NCBI GenBank assembly: GCA_008636045.1
Contig: SNRW01000035.1
Location: 1 to 37,742, forward strand
Length of the DNA stretch: 37,742 nt
Reading direction: 5' to 3'
From: Streblomastix strix
Lineage: Eukaryota
Positions 1-14,003 of this stretch are shown piece after piece. Each line of letters opens with the position of its first letter. The first letter of the stretch is position 1. A program made the position numbers and the translations under genes. The notes under the pieces were generated by a model. The model was not told where the DNA came from. It saw only the letters and a list, made by a program, of their open reading frames with translations, and searched no databases.

Positions 1-1250
1 TCATCTTCTGAATATTGTGATGTCACTTTGATTCAGTATCCAACCTGTTCAGTTTTGAAGTATTCAGAGTGGCTTCTCTTAGTATTCATTATCATCATAC
101 GTTCTTCCCTAGACTCCTTCTCGCTCATATATGTACGAATTGAGTTGATAGTACCATGCTTCATCATATTAATATCTTTAGGATCTTCATCATTGTCTGT
201 CACCTTTGTCATGCTTCCATCCTTCTGTTTGAAGAGGAATATTTGGTGGTAGTATGTCTATTCAAATATATTAAATAAAAAATAGTCATAAATAAAATAA
301 TTTTTGACGCAATCTCAAAATAAAAAATATTAAAGAAAACTTTTTACAGATCATCATCAAGATCAGCTTCAATCTGCTCCGTTCGCTCTTTATCTGCCTC
401 AGTTGACGATATGTTTGCAAGAACAAGTAGATGGTATTTAACTTTCTATTCATCAGCCTACATTCCAACTCCATCTACATGTAATTCACAATCAATTGTT
501 GAAAGTTAATAATCTCAAACTGTTTTATCTAAGAAATGAAGTTGAGTCTCATTACGAACAGGTTCTAAATATAAATCTCCATATTTAGCTTGTGCATCTA
601 CAGCAGGCGGTAATTCAATACCAAGTGCATGAACATGAATATTAAGATAGATTCCAAGAAGATAAATACGAGGTGCATCAATATCACAACCTGGTGTCAA
701 TCCAAGTATTGAACTTACGACAAGTCTAACATATGCAATCTTAGCTCCAACATTCAGTGTTTTATGAATACTTTGCATGCTCCAAGATCATTTTAGAACT
801 TCAATACTTCTAGATGAATATCTTTATATGGACGACGTCCTACTTTGCGACCTGAATGATGCTATGCAATATTATTCTTTGTATACTTTGATACAAACTT
901 TTCTACATTCTTGAATTCAACTTCTCCATTCTTTGGTGATAGACTCACTCTCTTCATGAACAAAATGTCCATCTGTAGAAAGTCTCCCATCATTATCATC
1001 ATATACAAGTTTCTTTCCATTGTGTTCAATATGTTGTAATGTGTTGAAGTATACAATCTTACCGTAATCAATAAGAAAAGTGTTGTTAACATCCATTTGC
1101 AGCATATTCTCATCAAGATTATCATGTATAAATGCCATAAAGTCTCATTCTGAATATCGGGATGTAACTTTGATTTGGTTTCCAAAATGTTCAGTCTTGA
1201 AGTATTCAGTGCAACTTCTCTGAGTATTTGTTACTATCATACTCAATTTC
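1..1250 (-). pseudogene. Degraded coding-like sequence, product not recognised
   Basis: Overlapping minus-strand ORF pieces in different frames (515-778, 862-1185, 917-1138) with coding-like composition, broken by TGA and frame changes. No motif recognised. Confidence 0.25.
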
Positions 1251-1743
1251 ATCTATTCGCTTAATTAAGCATTATCCATATGCTTTTACGAATTTACTAA
1301 CTTAATGTAGTTTTCCTATTAGTAATATAGTTTTATTAAAAGAAAGTTAAACGATAGAAATTTTAATAATTAAATTATATTAATCGATTATGTCTATTTA
1401 AAATAAGCTTATATGTAAATATATATAAATTATTTATTATACAATTATATATAAACTTATTATTTAGTAATAAAACAAGAATTTAAATTTTTTGTAATTT
1501 TCCTGGATTAATAAAAAATACATTTAATATTTGTATATAAAAACTGATATATAAAGTTATGTATGTTAAAATTTTGTTGTAAAAACTATGAAATGTAGCA
1601 GAGCAAATTTTTTAAAACATCAAAAATCAAAACTAGTAAATTTATTTTTTAATTTTTTTTTGGCCCGGCATTTGTTTAAGATTTGGCTTATGTAATAATA
1701 TGTTTTTTATAATATCTATATAAAATCAATAATGGCCCTAGCC

Positions 1744-1772
1744 TTGGCCAACTTGGCCAAAAATTTGGCCAA
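1744..1772. repeat. Three closely spaced copies of the palindrome TTGGCCAA
   Basis: TTGGCCAA at 1744-1751, 1753-1760 and 1765-1772 in otherwise very AT-rich DNA. Confidence 0.8.
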
Positions 1773-1983
1773 AAAAACATGCTTAGTTTGTTGCGTATTT
1801 TTCATAAAAAAAATAATTCAATCACTTGAAAAATAAGAATAAATAATAATTTGCCATATTCAATGTGTAATTTGAATAAATATTATTTCAAAGAGATTAT
1901 TTTATAAAACTATGGTTAAATATATAAAGTTTATGTGAAAAATATAACGCTAATTTAATAAATAATATAAATTTAATCAAAAT

Positions 1984-2545
1984 CCGTTGAAATATTATAT
2001 GTATCCGTTACAATTAAATAGATACCCGTTAAATTGGTTTAGCTGCCCGCTAGAATGGAATAAGGACCCGCTAGAATTGAATAGGTGCCCGTTAGAATAT
2101 ATTTCGTTAGAATTGAATAACTACCCGTTCAGATTGATTAGATGCCCGCTAGAATTAAATAGCTGCCCGTTAGGATTAAATAAGTTTTAGGTATCCGTTA
2201 GAATTAAATAAGAGCCCGCTAGAATTTAATAAGACTTAGAATTAAATAGACACCCGCTAGAATAGAATAGTTGCCCGTTAAAATTGAATAAGTGCCCGCT
2301 AGAATGGAATAACTACCCGTCAGGATTGAATAAGAGCCCGTTAGGATTTAATAAGAAAATTTTAACTCAAAAACATTGGAAAATAATTAAAATGGAATAG
2401 CTACCCGTTAGAATTTAATTAATGCCCGTTAAAAATGAACAATAACCCTTTAGAATGGCATAGCTGCCCGTTACAATTTAATAACTACCCGTTCAGGTAA
2501 AATAGCTGCCCGTTAGAATTTAATAAAGACCCGCTAGAATGAACT
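1984..2545. repeat. 21-bp minisatellite, consensus approximately CCCGTTAGAATTGAATAGCTG, roughly 25 degenerate copies
   Basis: Recurring CCCG(T/C)TAGAAT core at about 21-nt period, e.g. cccgctagaatggaataagga cccgctagaattgaataggtg. One interruption near 2355-2395. Confidence 0.9.
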
Positions 2546-2749
2546 TCTGCCAATTATAGTATCTATTATAATTTTACAATAGTATTCACTATTTTCAGGT
2601 GCAAATGTAGTAATAGTTAATATTCCAATTTTTTTGTTGAGTTGATAAATGCTATGACCTATGAATTACATTCTAATGGATATATGTATATTTTGGTGTA
2701 AGATTCTTCATTAGGTTTAATTTTAATATTATTGTGATTATTTTTATTT

Positions 2750-5700
2750 TTTTTTATTGATATTTATATTTGATTTGTTTAATGATTTTGAATTGTTTAT
2801 TGTTTCTGTTTTTGTTAATAATTTAATTAATTATTCTTATTCTATGAGAATTTGTTTTGGATGAAGTTTCTTTCCATGATCTTTTGTAATCTTTCCTTAT
2901 TCTTCTTCAAATATGAATTTTAGATCTTTAAATTATTATTTATTTTATTTAATTTCATTCTCATTTTTCTTTACTATTTTGGATTATTTTATATCTTTTA
3001 TTTCATTATATTCCATAACTATTTCAATTTATCAAATGATTTCACTTTATTATTCATTTTCTCTTCTTTTTTCAATTATTTATTCGTTTTTATTTCAAAA
3101 GATGATGTATAATGATATTAAGGTTCTTTATTGCATTCTTCAAATTGATTCAAATCTGCACTGAGAATGATGGATATTGGGTATTATAATATATAAATGC
3201 CAGTTTCATTATGCACTTCTATTTATATTTCAATATAATCAGAATGTTTGAATTATTGAGCATTTCTTTATAAGAAATAACCCTTGAGTGCATAATTCAT
3301 CCTTGTAATTGGATTTCTTGAGATTGATACTTCTTCATCTGCCCATCTGGCAATGGCTTCAAGAGTTGGATATGTTCCTTCAACATTCACATATGTATTA
3401 TTATCATATAATGGTTATCCAAATATATTGATCTTTTCAACTATATATGTAACACTATTATTCATAATTGTAAAGTAGAATGATTTATTTGTCTCGTTTG
3501 AATTCACTATAATTTGTGGGAACATATAGTATACTTTTGATATACAAGAAGGAGTGAATATTATATGTAGATCTTTGAGATTGTTAAAAAGAATCTTAAT
3601 TGATTCATTGAAGTCAAATGAATTTGTCTAGTACAATTTATTGCTTCAAGACCACTAAATATGTTTACAGCATTTTTTCCATATCAAATTGGGCCACCTT
3701 GTGGATTATGCGATGTATCTATGAATGCTTAGCTATTGAGATAATCTTTTAACAGACCAATAGTTGTGCTTTATTTATTGGATTCAAGCTGAATTATATT
3801 TGATTATTATATAACAATAATTAAAAATTATTATTATTAATTAAAAATAAAATATATTAAATTAATATAAAACGAAGAAATAATAAATTGTTGGAGATGC
3901 ACACTTTAATACTTCTAAGACAGCTTAATGCAAAGTCAAGTTCATATGAAACTCCCGCTTTCATATAACAATTGCAACCCAATGGTGAGAAATCTTTAAT
4001 GCATTTAAACGTGTTCTAACTTACAGATTATACATGTTCACCAGTGTAATTCATTAATGTTGGATATATTTTGTCTGCTTAGCATTATGATTTGGAATAT
4101 CCATTATTATCTTTAGAATATCAACATGCACATCTTGGGTTTGGTTATTTTTAGGCAGTGAAAACTTCAGTTTCTTGGCAAGTTGCGAAGTCGAACGAAT
4201 CTTTTCCTAATTAATCATAAACACAATTTTGTTGGATAAAGTTAATATGTATAAATACATCCAGATCAATAGAAGTCGGTTGAACATTAACAATGGAGGC
4301 GATTATAAATCTTCATTACTACATTTTCGGCGTATTGGACAGCTAATCCCAACTCTTGGATCATCTTTATCAAGACATTCGCATTATCCAGGAGGTACTC
4401 CATCTAATTAATTCAGATCGGTATCTCTAGTACATGTACATCCAGTTGGTGTGTATCCATGAATGTACTTGCATATGTTTGGTTTTACTTATGATCCATG
4501 AACACCATTACGATTGATAAGTAAAGGATATGCTTTATCTACTTCACACTCTGTATAATCTGTTAAATCACTTTTACAGGCACAACTTCCATTATATATA
4601 TTATCTGTGCAATATTCAGGACAACCAGCACCTGGTGTTGTCAACCCAGATCTAGGATCTCCTGTTGAACAACATTCGCATTAAGCAACGGGAACTCCAA
4701 TCAAATCTTTTGAATCTTAAGGACAAACGAAGCCTTCAGGGGAATTACCATCTATGCATTTGCATGATTGTGGGTATATAGATGGAGAATCTGATTCATC
4801 ACAATAATCAATTGCTGAATATTTTTCATCTTCACATTCTGTTTTGGTATAAGAATCATCATCGTCGTTCTATGGGCATGTGCAATCAAATGGAGCTTAT
4901 CCATCTGCGTATTAACAATCACATCCTTAATATCCTGTTTCTTCAACACAAGTAGATAATTTCTCATATCTTAAAACTTCATCACACGTGTTTATATTAA
5001 AAGATGAATTTGATGTTGTGTCGCACTCACAAGTTGATGGATGATAAATTGGAGTGCAAATGCAATTCTCCTAATGAAAATCTTCCGAGCATAAACAAGG
5101 AGTGGATAAATCTTCACCAATTTGGCAGCGTCGTGTTATTGAACAAGAAGTTCCAGCTCTTGGATCATTATCAACAAGACATTAACACTATTCAACTGGA
5201 ATACCTTATAAATTTTCTGGTAGAGAAGGGCATCTGCATTTTGCAGGATAATTGTCTTTTGTGCAGTAACAAGAATATTTTGTTACTGTTGTGTCAGAAT
5301 TAGCAAGGTAATCCTTAATAGTACAATCTTAAGGATTGGATTCAAGAGTTGTAGAACAAACGCAAAGTAAAGATGCAAGATCATTTGATGGACAAATACA
5401 TTCATCTGTATCTTTCAAATGTTCTTGAGTACATACACATGGAAATTCTTAATATTTATCAAAGCATTTTACTAGTGTACAAAAATTCGGATGATACAAT
5501 TATGAGCATTTGCATTCATCTGTTTAGATAGGTCCACTATCAGCACAACTACAACCTATTGGAGTATTGTTACATGAGCATGTTTTTGTCTCTATGCAAT
5601 CATCAGGAATAAATGTAGCATCTTCATTTTCATCATATATGCATCATTATTCATTATCTGGATGGATAGAAGATGTGCATGTACAGAAATCTGGTTAATA

Positions 5701-6000
5701 GTTAATTTTACAGAAACATCCTCTATCCGTAGGTTCAGTTTCTCCTTCTTTACTATCTTCAGTAACAGGAAACGAAGTTCCTGCTCTTGGATCTCCAGAT
5801 TCAAGGCATTCAAATGCTGATGGTGACATTCCAGTCAAATATTATCCATTACATGGTCACATGCATCCAATAGGATCTTTATCATTCATACATTTACTTT
5901 TATATTTTTGATCTAATTACAAACAATCAGTTAGAGTTCTATATGTGGGAGTTAGATTTATAAAATCTCATCCTTTAAATAATTTTATTACAAAATATGT
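2750..6000 (-). pseudogene. Cys-rich surface-protein gene, copy A (3' end missing, in-frame TGA stops)
   Basis: Code-6 translation gives repeated CxC and CxCP..L.G(I/V)P...CxC....DPR(A/S/V)G..CP modules (e.g. CRCPSLPENLQGIPVEQCQCLVDNDPRAGTSC). Segment 2750-3790 is visibly homologous to 28090-29130. Confidence 0.7.
3789..3873 (-). other. Probable spliceosomal intron (85 nt)
   Basis: Minus strand reads GTTTTATATT...AATTCAG and is almost pure A/T, lying between coding-like blocks. Confidence 0.5.
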
Positions 6001-6099
6001 TGAAGAATTAAATAAAGCTGAAAATAAATAGCATATACAACTATCTTATGAATAAATTGATTTGCTTGCATAATCAGCTTAATAATAAGTATAAATTCA

Positions 6100-6740
6100 A
6101 TATTCTTCATAATCAGTTCCAATTGGAATCTCATCTTATATAGTATGTGCTGATATTGAGTTCCATCATTCAAAATACTTTACTCCAGCTTCAGATAAAT
6201 ATTTCTCTATTTTAATTTAATCTGAGTATCAGGATCATCAAATTGAGTGAATTGTACTTAATATCCTTTTAAAGATGCATCATTTGAGAATTTCATCATC
6301 TCCATCTTTATAATTCCTCTTAAATAAATTTTCAAATGCATCAATCCTTCTTTCATGACTCAATGAATTCGCATCAGAATCAGAAGGTGGTCTAATAAAT
6401 AATAATCTCTTATCAGGAACGCCAGCTTATAATAATCCATGAAGTACCGAATATGCTCGGAATGTAGCTCCATGTATAACAACTATATCATCTTCATCTT
6501 CAAAGCCATTTCTTTCCACTAGGTTGTGTTGGTTTGTGAATGAACCTCTAAAGACGGATAGCATCAGTTTCATCATTCATTGAAATTGTTCCATCCGCAA
6601 AATCTAAATGGAAATCATTATCAGCAATTGGTTGTGAAAGTCTTTTTAGTGTTAGATCTTTTGTTCCTGCTTCTATTATAATCATATCATATGGAAAAAA
6701 TGACTCATGTGCAAGCTTCAATCTTTCTTTCATTATTTCT
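6100..6740 (-). pseudogene. CFAP61: CFAP61-like fragment (FAD/NAD-binding-like region), copy A
   Basis: Translates as PYDMIIIEAGTKDLTLKRL...NDETDAIRL and then, after a frame change, DDIVVIHGATFRAYSVLHGLLQAGVPDKRLLFIRPP. This matches my recollection of the CFAP61 PYD and vvYG...aY..l..Ll..GV...RI.lv.PP segments. Homologous to 30480-31090. Confidence 0.6.
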
Positions 6741-6744
6741 TATG

Positions 6745-7900
6745 GCGCATCAATATCCTTTCATTTTGGTTTTAGCTCAATTTCTTTCATTTGTTCAAAT
6801 TCAGTAATAGTAAGTGTTAAATCAAGCATGAGTCCAGATGGATCATATTCAGCAATGAAAACAAGTTATTTATAAGCAATAGCATCAAATGACTCCAGAT
6901 TTGATAGAAGGAAAGGTATATCATGAAGAGTTTTATATATTAAATGTGAGAATTGAGAATAAATTAAAAAATTTTAAAATAGTGCTTTTAGAAGAACTCT
7001 CTCTAAGAATTAGAAATACTGAAGATTATCATGATTCACATATGATAATGAATTGATGTAGTATATACACTTATCAACATCTCCTCCTCCTTTGAAAAGT
7101 ACATAATTCGGATTTGTGATCTCAGGAAGGATCAAAGTGAACCATTCTTTGGATATACCACCATAATAAACTGCATCTTCATCATACAATAGAACATTCA
7201 ATCTCAGCTTCAACTTCTCTGGATATGTTTTCATGAATGTACTGAATGAATCTTCTAAGATGTGTTTCCTTCTAAATTTGCATTTCATTCAATGTTTCTG
7301 TTAACAAACAATCGGTTCTTGTGGTTTTTTGGATTCAAAGTACTGTCGAAGCAGTGAGAGTCTTCCAATAAATGAAAATGTGGGGTCAATACCAGATTCT
7401 TCACTACCATCAATCCATTAAGGTTAATGTACTGGTCCTTATGGTGATTATTTAGAAGTTTGAATATTTGAAATCATCTTCATTTGATGATTTTACATGT
7501 TTCTAAGCTTCAACAATTGATGTTTCTCGAAATACTGGAAGTGGAGTTTGAACTATCGGTATTGCAAATGTTGAGGCTGATCTTGGAGGTGCAACAGAAT
7601 GTGGGATCAATGTTTGGTTGTTCTCAGATTGTGCGAATTAAGAATCGTTGTTCTATGATTATGATTATGAATCAGAATTTCCAGATTTCATCGAATGCTG
7701 TTCTGCTGGATTACTTGTGTTAATGTTTGAATTTGTGTTTTGATCATTCTCAAGTTGTAATGGTTGATGAACAGGTGCAAAGAATTGTTATTATTTTTTA
7801 TCCAACTTCATTTCAGATTCTTTGGAAATCGTTTCATTTGAAAATTGGAATTAAATATCTGGATTTGAATAATCCTATTGAATTATATATAAAAACGGAT
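6745..7900 (-). pseudogene. HECT-domain E3 ubiquitin ligase, N-lobe only, catalytic C-lobe absent
   Basis: RRKHILEDSF...EDAVYYGGISKEWFTLILPEITNPNYVLF...YYINSLSYVNHDNLQYFQFLERVLLKAL...NLESFDAIAYKQL...KEIELKPK*KDID is a NEDD4/HUWE1-type HECT N-lobe. In-frame TGA at 6761-6763. Confidence 0.85.
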
Positions 7901-10900
7901 TTTTGTTCTACGTTTGCAATTCCTATTATGATAATAAATATTCAATTGATGTAATCTATTAAAATTCTTTAGATTTGTTTCTCGCTAATTTAGGCAATTA
8001 TTAAATAGAAGAATGAACCAGATTTGCAGTTGGCGTTCCTTGTGGGATCTAATTTTATTAAACTGGTTTTAATATAAATTCATTAAATAATATTGATTTT
8101 TTGTCCTTTATTGAGCTTTTCCTTTGTGAAGTAAGCGTTTATTTGATATTTTAGATTGTTTTTTTTAAATATAAATTGTATATAAGAAATGAAATATGAA
8201 ATATATTATATTTAATAAATTATGAAAAAATAAATATAATAATTGAAAATTTGATTTGACTCGATAAAATACTTTTGATCTGCCCCACATCCTGGAATTA
8301 TTTAATAAATTTTAGCGGCGTCATATCACATCCAAAAACACCTTATTATATGCGCGCTGATTATTGTCAATTTTCAAAAAATTATCTCTATTCGAAACAT
8401 CTTGTAAATCGAGATATCATCGGCTTTAATATTTTGCTCACAAACGACACAAAATTTAGATCATTTGCTGAACGTCAATTATATTTCCAATTTTTTATTT
8501 TTCTTCACTAAATACACAGATTTTTACTTCCTCACTATCGTTGTGCGCCAAACAGCGATTTTTTTATTTTTTTATTCTCTCGATTCGCCATTCCTGATAC
8601 AATATCGATGGAACCAATATATTTATACTTTATTGAGACCCATATAAAATTACTTTGTTTTAGCATATACTAATATAAATTGCAACTCAAACATAAAAAT
8701 TTCATTTTTCGCTATATTTACCGATACTTTTTTTTCATTATTTTCATTTTATTTTTGCTTAATTTTCTCTTAGATCTTAATTCGGTGTGTTTGCCATGTC
8801 ATCTGGAAGCCAGAAACCTCCATTAAAGCGCAAATGGAGTGATTTTATGCATTAATCTTAGTTTTCTATTATTCCTTATATTTTTTTTAAGCTAAAATAT
8901 TTCACGATTACTGAGAATGTGAAACAAAACAAAACAAATCGATTTTCCCACTGAGAATACTTTCTCATTTCATCACATACCATCTAATTTTATATCATTA
9001 AAATTATAGAAATTAAATTTAAATAATTTATCAATGATTTCGACTTAACTCGCACAAAATTAACCAGCGAATTTTTTCCAAATTAGTCAGCATTTTATCC
9101 ACGGGATTTAATAGGAACACATATATATACTATATCTTTAGACGTTAGTACACTTGCACTTAAACTTTATTGTAATTATAACAATAACTATTCAACTAAA
9201 CAATTTTTTATTTTTTTTAATCAGTTCTTTTTTAATATTTTTTATTAATTTTTTTTTTGATTTACTTATTCATTATTTTATTTTACAGTTCTTACGTCAT
9301 TATCGCATGTCAAGATTCAAAGATTGTATGATTATTACTTAATTAATATTAAAATTTTGATGTATTTGTACTAAGATTCCATCATAACGACCTTCTGTGT
9401 AATCCCTCCCTGAAAGTAATATTATGCGACTTGTTTCAGTAATTGAAAAATATTTTAGGACATAATCAACTTTGAATAATATAGCAATATGCTTTAATAA
9501 TTCAATTAATGAGCATGTATAAAAATTATAGAATAATATGTTCTCATTAAACTAGAATTATGGATAAGATTTAGTGAATTCAGCAATCAATTACATTAAT
9601 CTTAGGATCGATGCATTTCTTTATCTCTACTGGATCTTAGATTATATAGTTAATGATTTATATTGAATGATTCGATTAAAACGATTATATTGCCCAACAT
9701 CAAATAATTATATTACATCAATTGAGCCAAAATCTTTTACAAAAGGTAATAGCCTATCAATAAGATACTTATTTGGTAAGTAAGTTGATATAAATGCTAA
9801 TGTCCAAATATTCGTTGAAGCCACATTTTTGATAGAAAAGTGTTCGATTGGTCAAATTTGAGTTATCATATGCCTCATGTACTGCGACCTAGTACGCATC
9901 TTCTCCAACTACTTCCTACTTACTACGACCCCTACTCGTGGAGAAAAGGAACTTTTAATAAAAATAGTCAAAAATCATTTGAAAATAATTTAATCAATTT
10001 TAACTTTAATTATTATAATTTAGTTAATTATAATTTAATTAATAAAAAGCATCACTTCAACCTAAAAATTATATCTTTGATAAAAAGATAAATAAATTGA
10101 ACTTTGGAGCTTAAAACTGTCAGCAGCATTTTCTTAGCTATGAGTATGCATTTATGTTTAATATTTCAACATAAGAATCTGTACTAGTCATAATTATTAT
10201 TTCCCAAATATAAACAAAAATGATTATAAAACAATAGCGTGGCAGATATTTTTACATATTTTCCAATTTTCTCATTGATCTGATCATAAGATCAAATTTC
10301 ATTAATATTTATAAATTATTTTATATTCATTTATCAGGTAATGACAATGAAGAATTGAAGTTGCTGTGCTGTTGGAGAGCAAATAGATTTCTGAGAAAGG
10401 TTTTTTTTTATTTCCTGATTTATGTAGTATATAGTAGCATTTCTAATTGTTTTATATATTCAAATTGTTTAATTTTTTATAATTTATTTAAATTCGAACA
10501 ATAACTTTATTTTGAATTGAATATCTTTCAAAACAAGGCAGAAAGTTTTTTTAAACAAAAATTAGTCGATTTCAACAAATGTGGTTTGCAAATTTTTTAT
10601 TTTAATATTAATTTTAAATTATAATTGAATATTTTATAAATATTATATATTTTGCACTACAAAATAGAAAATGGAAGTGACTAGATGAGAAGAATAAATG
10701 AATTTTTCAGATTTCTAATAGTACAAAGATATTTAAAATATGATAATAACATAAAACTTAAATTTACATATATTTTTATTAAATTTATTGAAATATATAG
10801 TTTATAATTTATTTTTTTATTCAAATTTTAACTTTTAATTTTTTTTTACGAATATTTCTTAAAATATACCATTCACAGAATCATTTATAATAAATAGAGT

Positions 10901-11153
10901 AACATTTAATCCCGTTCCCCCTCTGGAGAATTATTTTATTCGAATAGAATGATTGAAAACTAATATTTTTTTTTCTCTATATAATTTTTTCGAGTTTTGT
11001 TTCGTTTTGTACCACCTTCACAAACATTATTAAATTTTTTAATACATATTTTAATGCATTACCATAATCATAGAATCATTTTATTTTATATTTAATATTA
11101 TTTAAGGCCTTGATCAGTATTTCGCGTTTTTCTCGAGATGCTCCGTTGAATGA

Positions 11154-11906
11154 AAATGCGGTCCCAATGAATATTTGGACAATGGAACATTTATTACATC
11201 TGATGCTTAGCTAATTAATGTATAATAATAGACAATGTAATAAATCATTAATAATTTTAACACATTTCCAGTTAGAATTATCAATTCATTACCTGCATTA
11301 TCTATAGGTGAATGGTAAGATATTTATACAGCAATTAGTGGAACTAATTATTATGGATAATTTATCCCATAAGTTGGGACTGATTACTGTTAATAGAATA
11401 AAACTTATTGGTTCGCTAATCGTATAATAGTGTCACCAAATCTATATGTATAATTAATTGGTGGATAAGATCTATATGATGGAGTGAATAAGAATAGCGC
11501 TAATTAATTTATTAATTTAGCATCAGCTATTAAGTAAATCGATCTAGAAGTATTGTTCTATTAAACTAAACATGATAATGAAAGTTAAGAAGTTGATCTT
11601 CCAATATTCTGTCCATACATAGGGAATTTTCTAGAATATCCATAAATGCTGATAATTTGCGTTTCAAACTAATTATAAGGAATAACTATGAAATCAGTTT
11701 GTGGTAATGGGTTCCCTAATGTCTGCTTTAAATAGAATTTAATTAATGCGCCAGTACTACGGGGATAGAATATGATGAGTCAATAATGCCTTGTAGGAAA
11801 GAATAAAACGTTAGTATTTACATTATATGATAACTTTGGAAGAAAAATATCAACGTAATATATTGATATGTACAATAATTTATTGTTAGAAATATAATTT
11901 TAATGA
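11154..11906 (+). CDS. Probable minor capsid (penton, single jelly-roll) protein, 5'-truncated
   Basis: Open about 250 codons in code 6, beta-strand-like, ending KTLVFTLYDNFGRKISTQYIDMYNNLLLEIQFQ*. This fits the hydrophobic-D..G..I...l.l.F C-terminus typical of Polinton/virophage pentons. No Met at the start of the frame. Confidence 0.55.
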
Positions 11907-11954
11907 GATGTCTAAATTATTTTTACTCTATATTTGTTTTTTTATTTTTAACAA

Positions 11955-13899
11955 ATGGTTTACCTAAAGAAAGCAGAGATCGTTAAATTGCTCAAAATCA
12001 ACAACAAAAACGTTAATGAATCTTTAAAAATAGATTAACTTAAACAATAACTCAATGATTATTTAAACAAAATCGATTATAAGAAATCATGAAGAAGTAA
12101 TTATTATGAATTGAATGCACATCTAAAATAAGTACACTAATATAATACATAAATTGTTTAAGCAAGAGATGTGATTAATAATTTCAAGTAGAATTAATAC
12201 GATTAAGATTTATAAAAAAATCGTAGAGAATAATTGCAATAATAAGCTGATAACTACTATGATGAGATATATGAATAGAATCGATAATTACATTAAGATT
12301 TAACGCACTATGATTCAAATTAATACGAATAGGATTTATAGAAATATCATTAATAATAAGAGTAATAATAAGCTAATGATTTCTGGACTAATTATATCAT
12401 AGAAGATTAGGAATAAGTTAGAAGAATAATGTAAGAAGAATAAGAAGCTAATCTATAATACCAAATAATTGCTCAATAAAATAAAGAGAATAAAATAAAA
12501 TTAATCAGTATGATGGAAAAAACGTTAATTAAATAGATAATGATGCTGGCGTTATATTGTATTTTCAACCCGCTAATATGGGGTAATTTATCGATACAGT
12601 TGATAGCGCAAGAACAGGCTTCAATCGTGAACGAACAGTTAATTAAAGATAGGAAGATGGGTAATTAAGTGAATTACATTATAATAATGTTATCTAATCA
12701 TTGTCTGATATAGAGATGTTCGTTAATGAAATTTATGATACATAATACGATTAAGCGTTCAAAATACAATTCAATTTTGGGGTCATTTATGAAGAATATA
12801 GGCATGATTAGAATAATTAAGTTTAAGTTGAATATGGATATATTTTACCTAGAGATACACGTATATAAGAACATTCTCCTAAAGTTATATAAAATTAAGA
12901 CGATATTGAAGAGTATTAATAATAAATTAAAGCTGAGATAATTACTATGTAGAATTTCATATTAGATAGTACAAGATAACAATATATAGCTATCTATTCC
13001 ATGCTAATCAAAACATATAATCTTTAACCATAAATTGTTGGAGCTAGCATGAAAGAATTAATCGATTTTCATTGTTTAGGTCACAAAAATGTAATATATA
13101 AGAATACTGGAAATAATAACAACTGCTATATGGAAGCAATAGCAAAAGCATTACATCCTGACACTAAGGAGAAAGTTATAAAAGTGAATCAATTTTAAAC
13201 ATTAGAAAAGAATATTTAGTTTAAGTATTAGAGCTACCATTCGATTCAAAGAGTAGAAAAATGACTGATTTATTGAAGGTATTTAACGGATTAGATATAA
13301 CTAAATATGCATAAATTGTATCATAAAAATTAAAAATTAACCAAGATATTTACTTTTACGACAATAAACATAAGAGTTATTATAGAGGATTGTAGATAAT
13401 GTATTAATGTGCCGAAGATCAGAGTGAAGTTAATATTAAGACAATTGATATATTAGTTGTTAAATCGATTTGGGAAAATAATGAGATTTCTCATGCATTT
13501 GCCGTAGCTAATAAATAATCTTTAGCGGGACTGTAATTTTGCCCACACTGTAATTCAAAAGTTTTTGATCCTAAAGATAAAAATTACTCTAGAGATTATG
13601 AGAAACACATTATTAAATGTGAGAATAATGGTGGAAAAATAATTAAGAAAGTTAAACTGGATTATGTATAAAAACCATATTGTCCACATATCATGCATAA
13701 TAAAACTTATCAATATCTATTGGCTAATAGAAGAGAAAATGAATATAAACCAATACAATATTTCATCACAAATGATCTTGAAACTGTTTCTAAAATCATT
13801 AGTAAAAAATTCGGTAAATCGAGCTATTAAATATATGAATTATTTCCTTTATCAGATGCATCAACTATTCGTATCAAATAAGGTAATAAGAAACAATGA
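11955..13899 (+). pseudogene. Protein-primed family B DNA polymerase (pPolB), N-terminal half to Exo I
   Basis: Motifs NNNCYMEAIAKALHP, SHAFAVANKQSLAGLQFCPHCNSKVF...KHIIKC (Zn-finger-like) and YFITNDLET (Exo I D-x-E) occur in Polinton-type order. One TGA (12090-12092), at least two frameshifts, polymerase domain absent. Confidence 0.75.
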
Positions 13900-14003
13900 A
13901 TTATTCGTTAATGGTTTAGTTTTATATTCATTCAATAGATCTTGATTAGTAAATGTTATATCTTATAATTCTTATAATATCATTTTCAAAAATAATAAAA
14001 TAT

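Noticed and set aside
1984..2545. CRISPR array, or the ORF 1987-2190 (PLELNRC heptads) as a gene
   Set aside because: Units are contiguous 21-mers with no unique spacers and no cas genes, in a eukaryotic context. The ORF is a by-product of a repeat length divisible by three.
7950..9150. CpG-containing non-coding stretch as an RNA gene or transposon end
   Set aside because: No tRNA or rRNA signature, convincing hairpin or terminal repeat could be identified by eye.
9290..9670. Possible kinase C-terminal remnant (IPSQRPSVQSLPESNIMRLVSVIEK)
   Set aside because: Only a short RPS-like motif, with no catalytic kinase motifs and interrupted by TGA. Too weak to call.
11102..11170. Short matches between the virus left edge and the DIRS 3' region (ttaaggccttgatc versus ttaagggcctgatc near 32930, ggtcccaatg near 33273)
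   Set aside because: Matches of 10-14 nt could be chance. No extended alignment or terminal inverted repeat with the right end was found.
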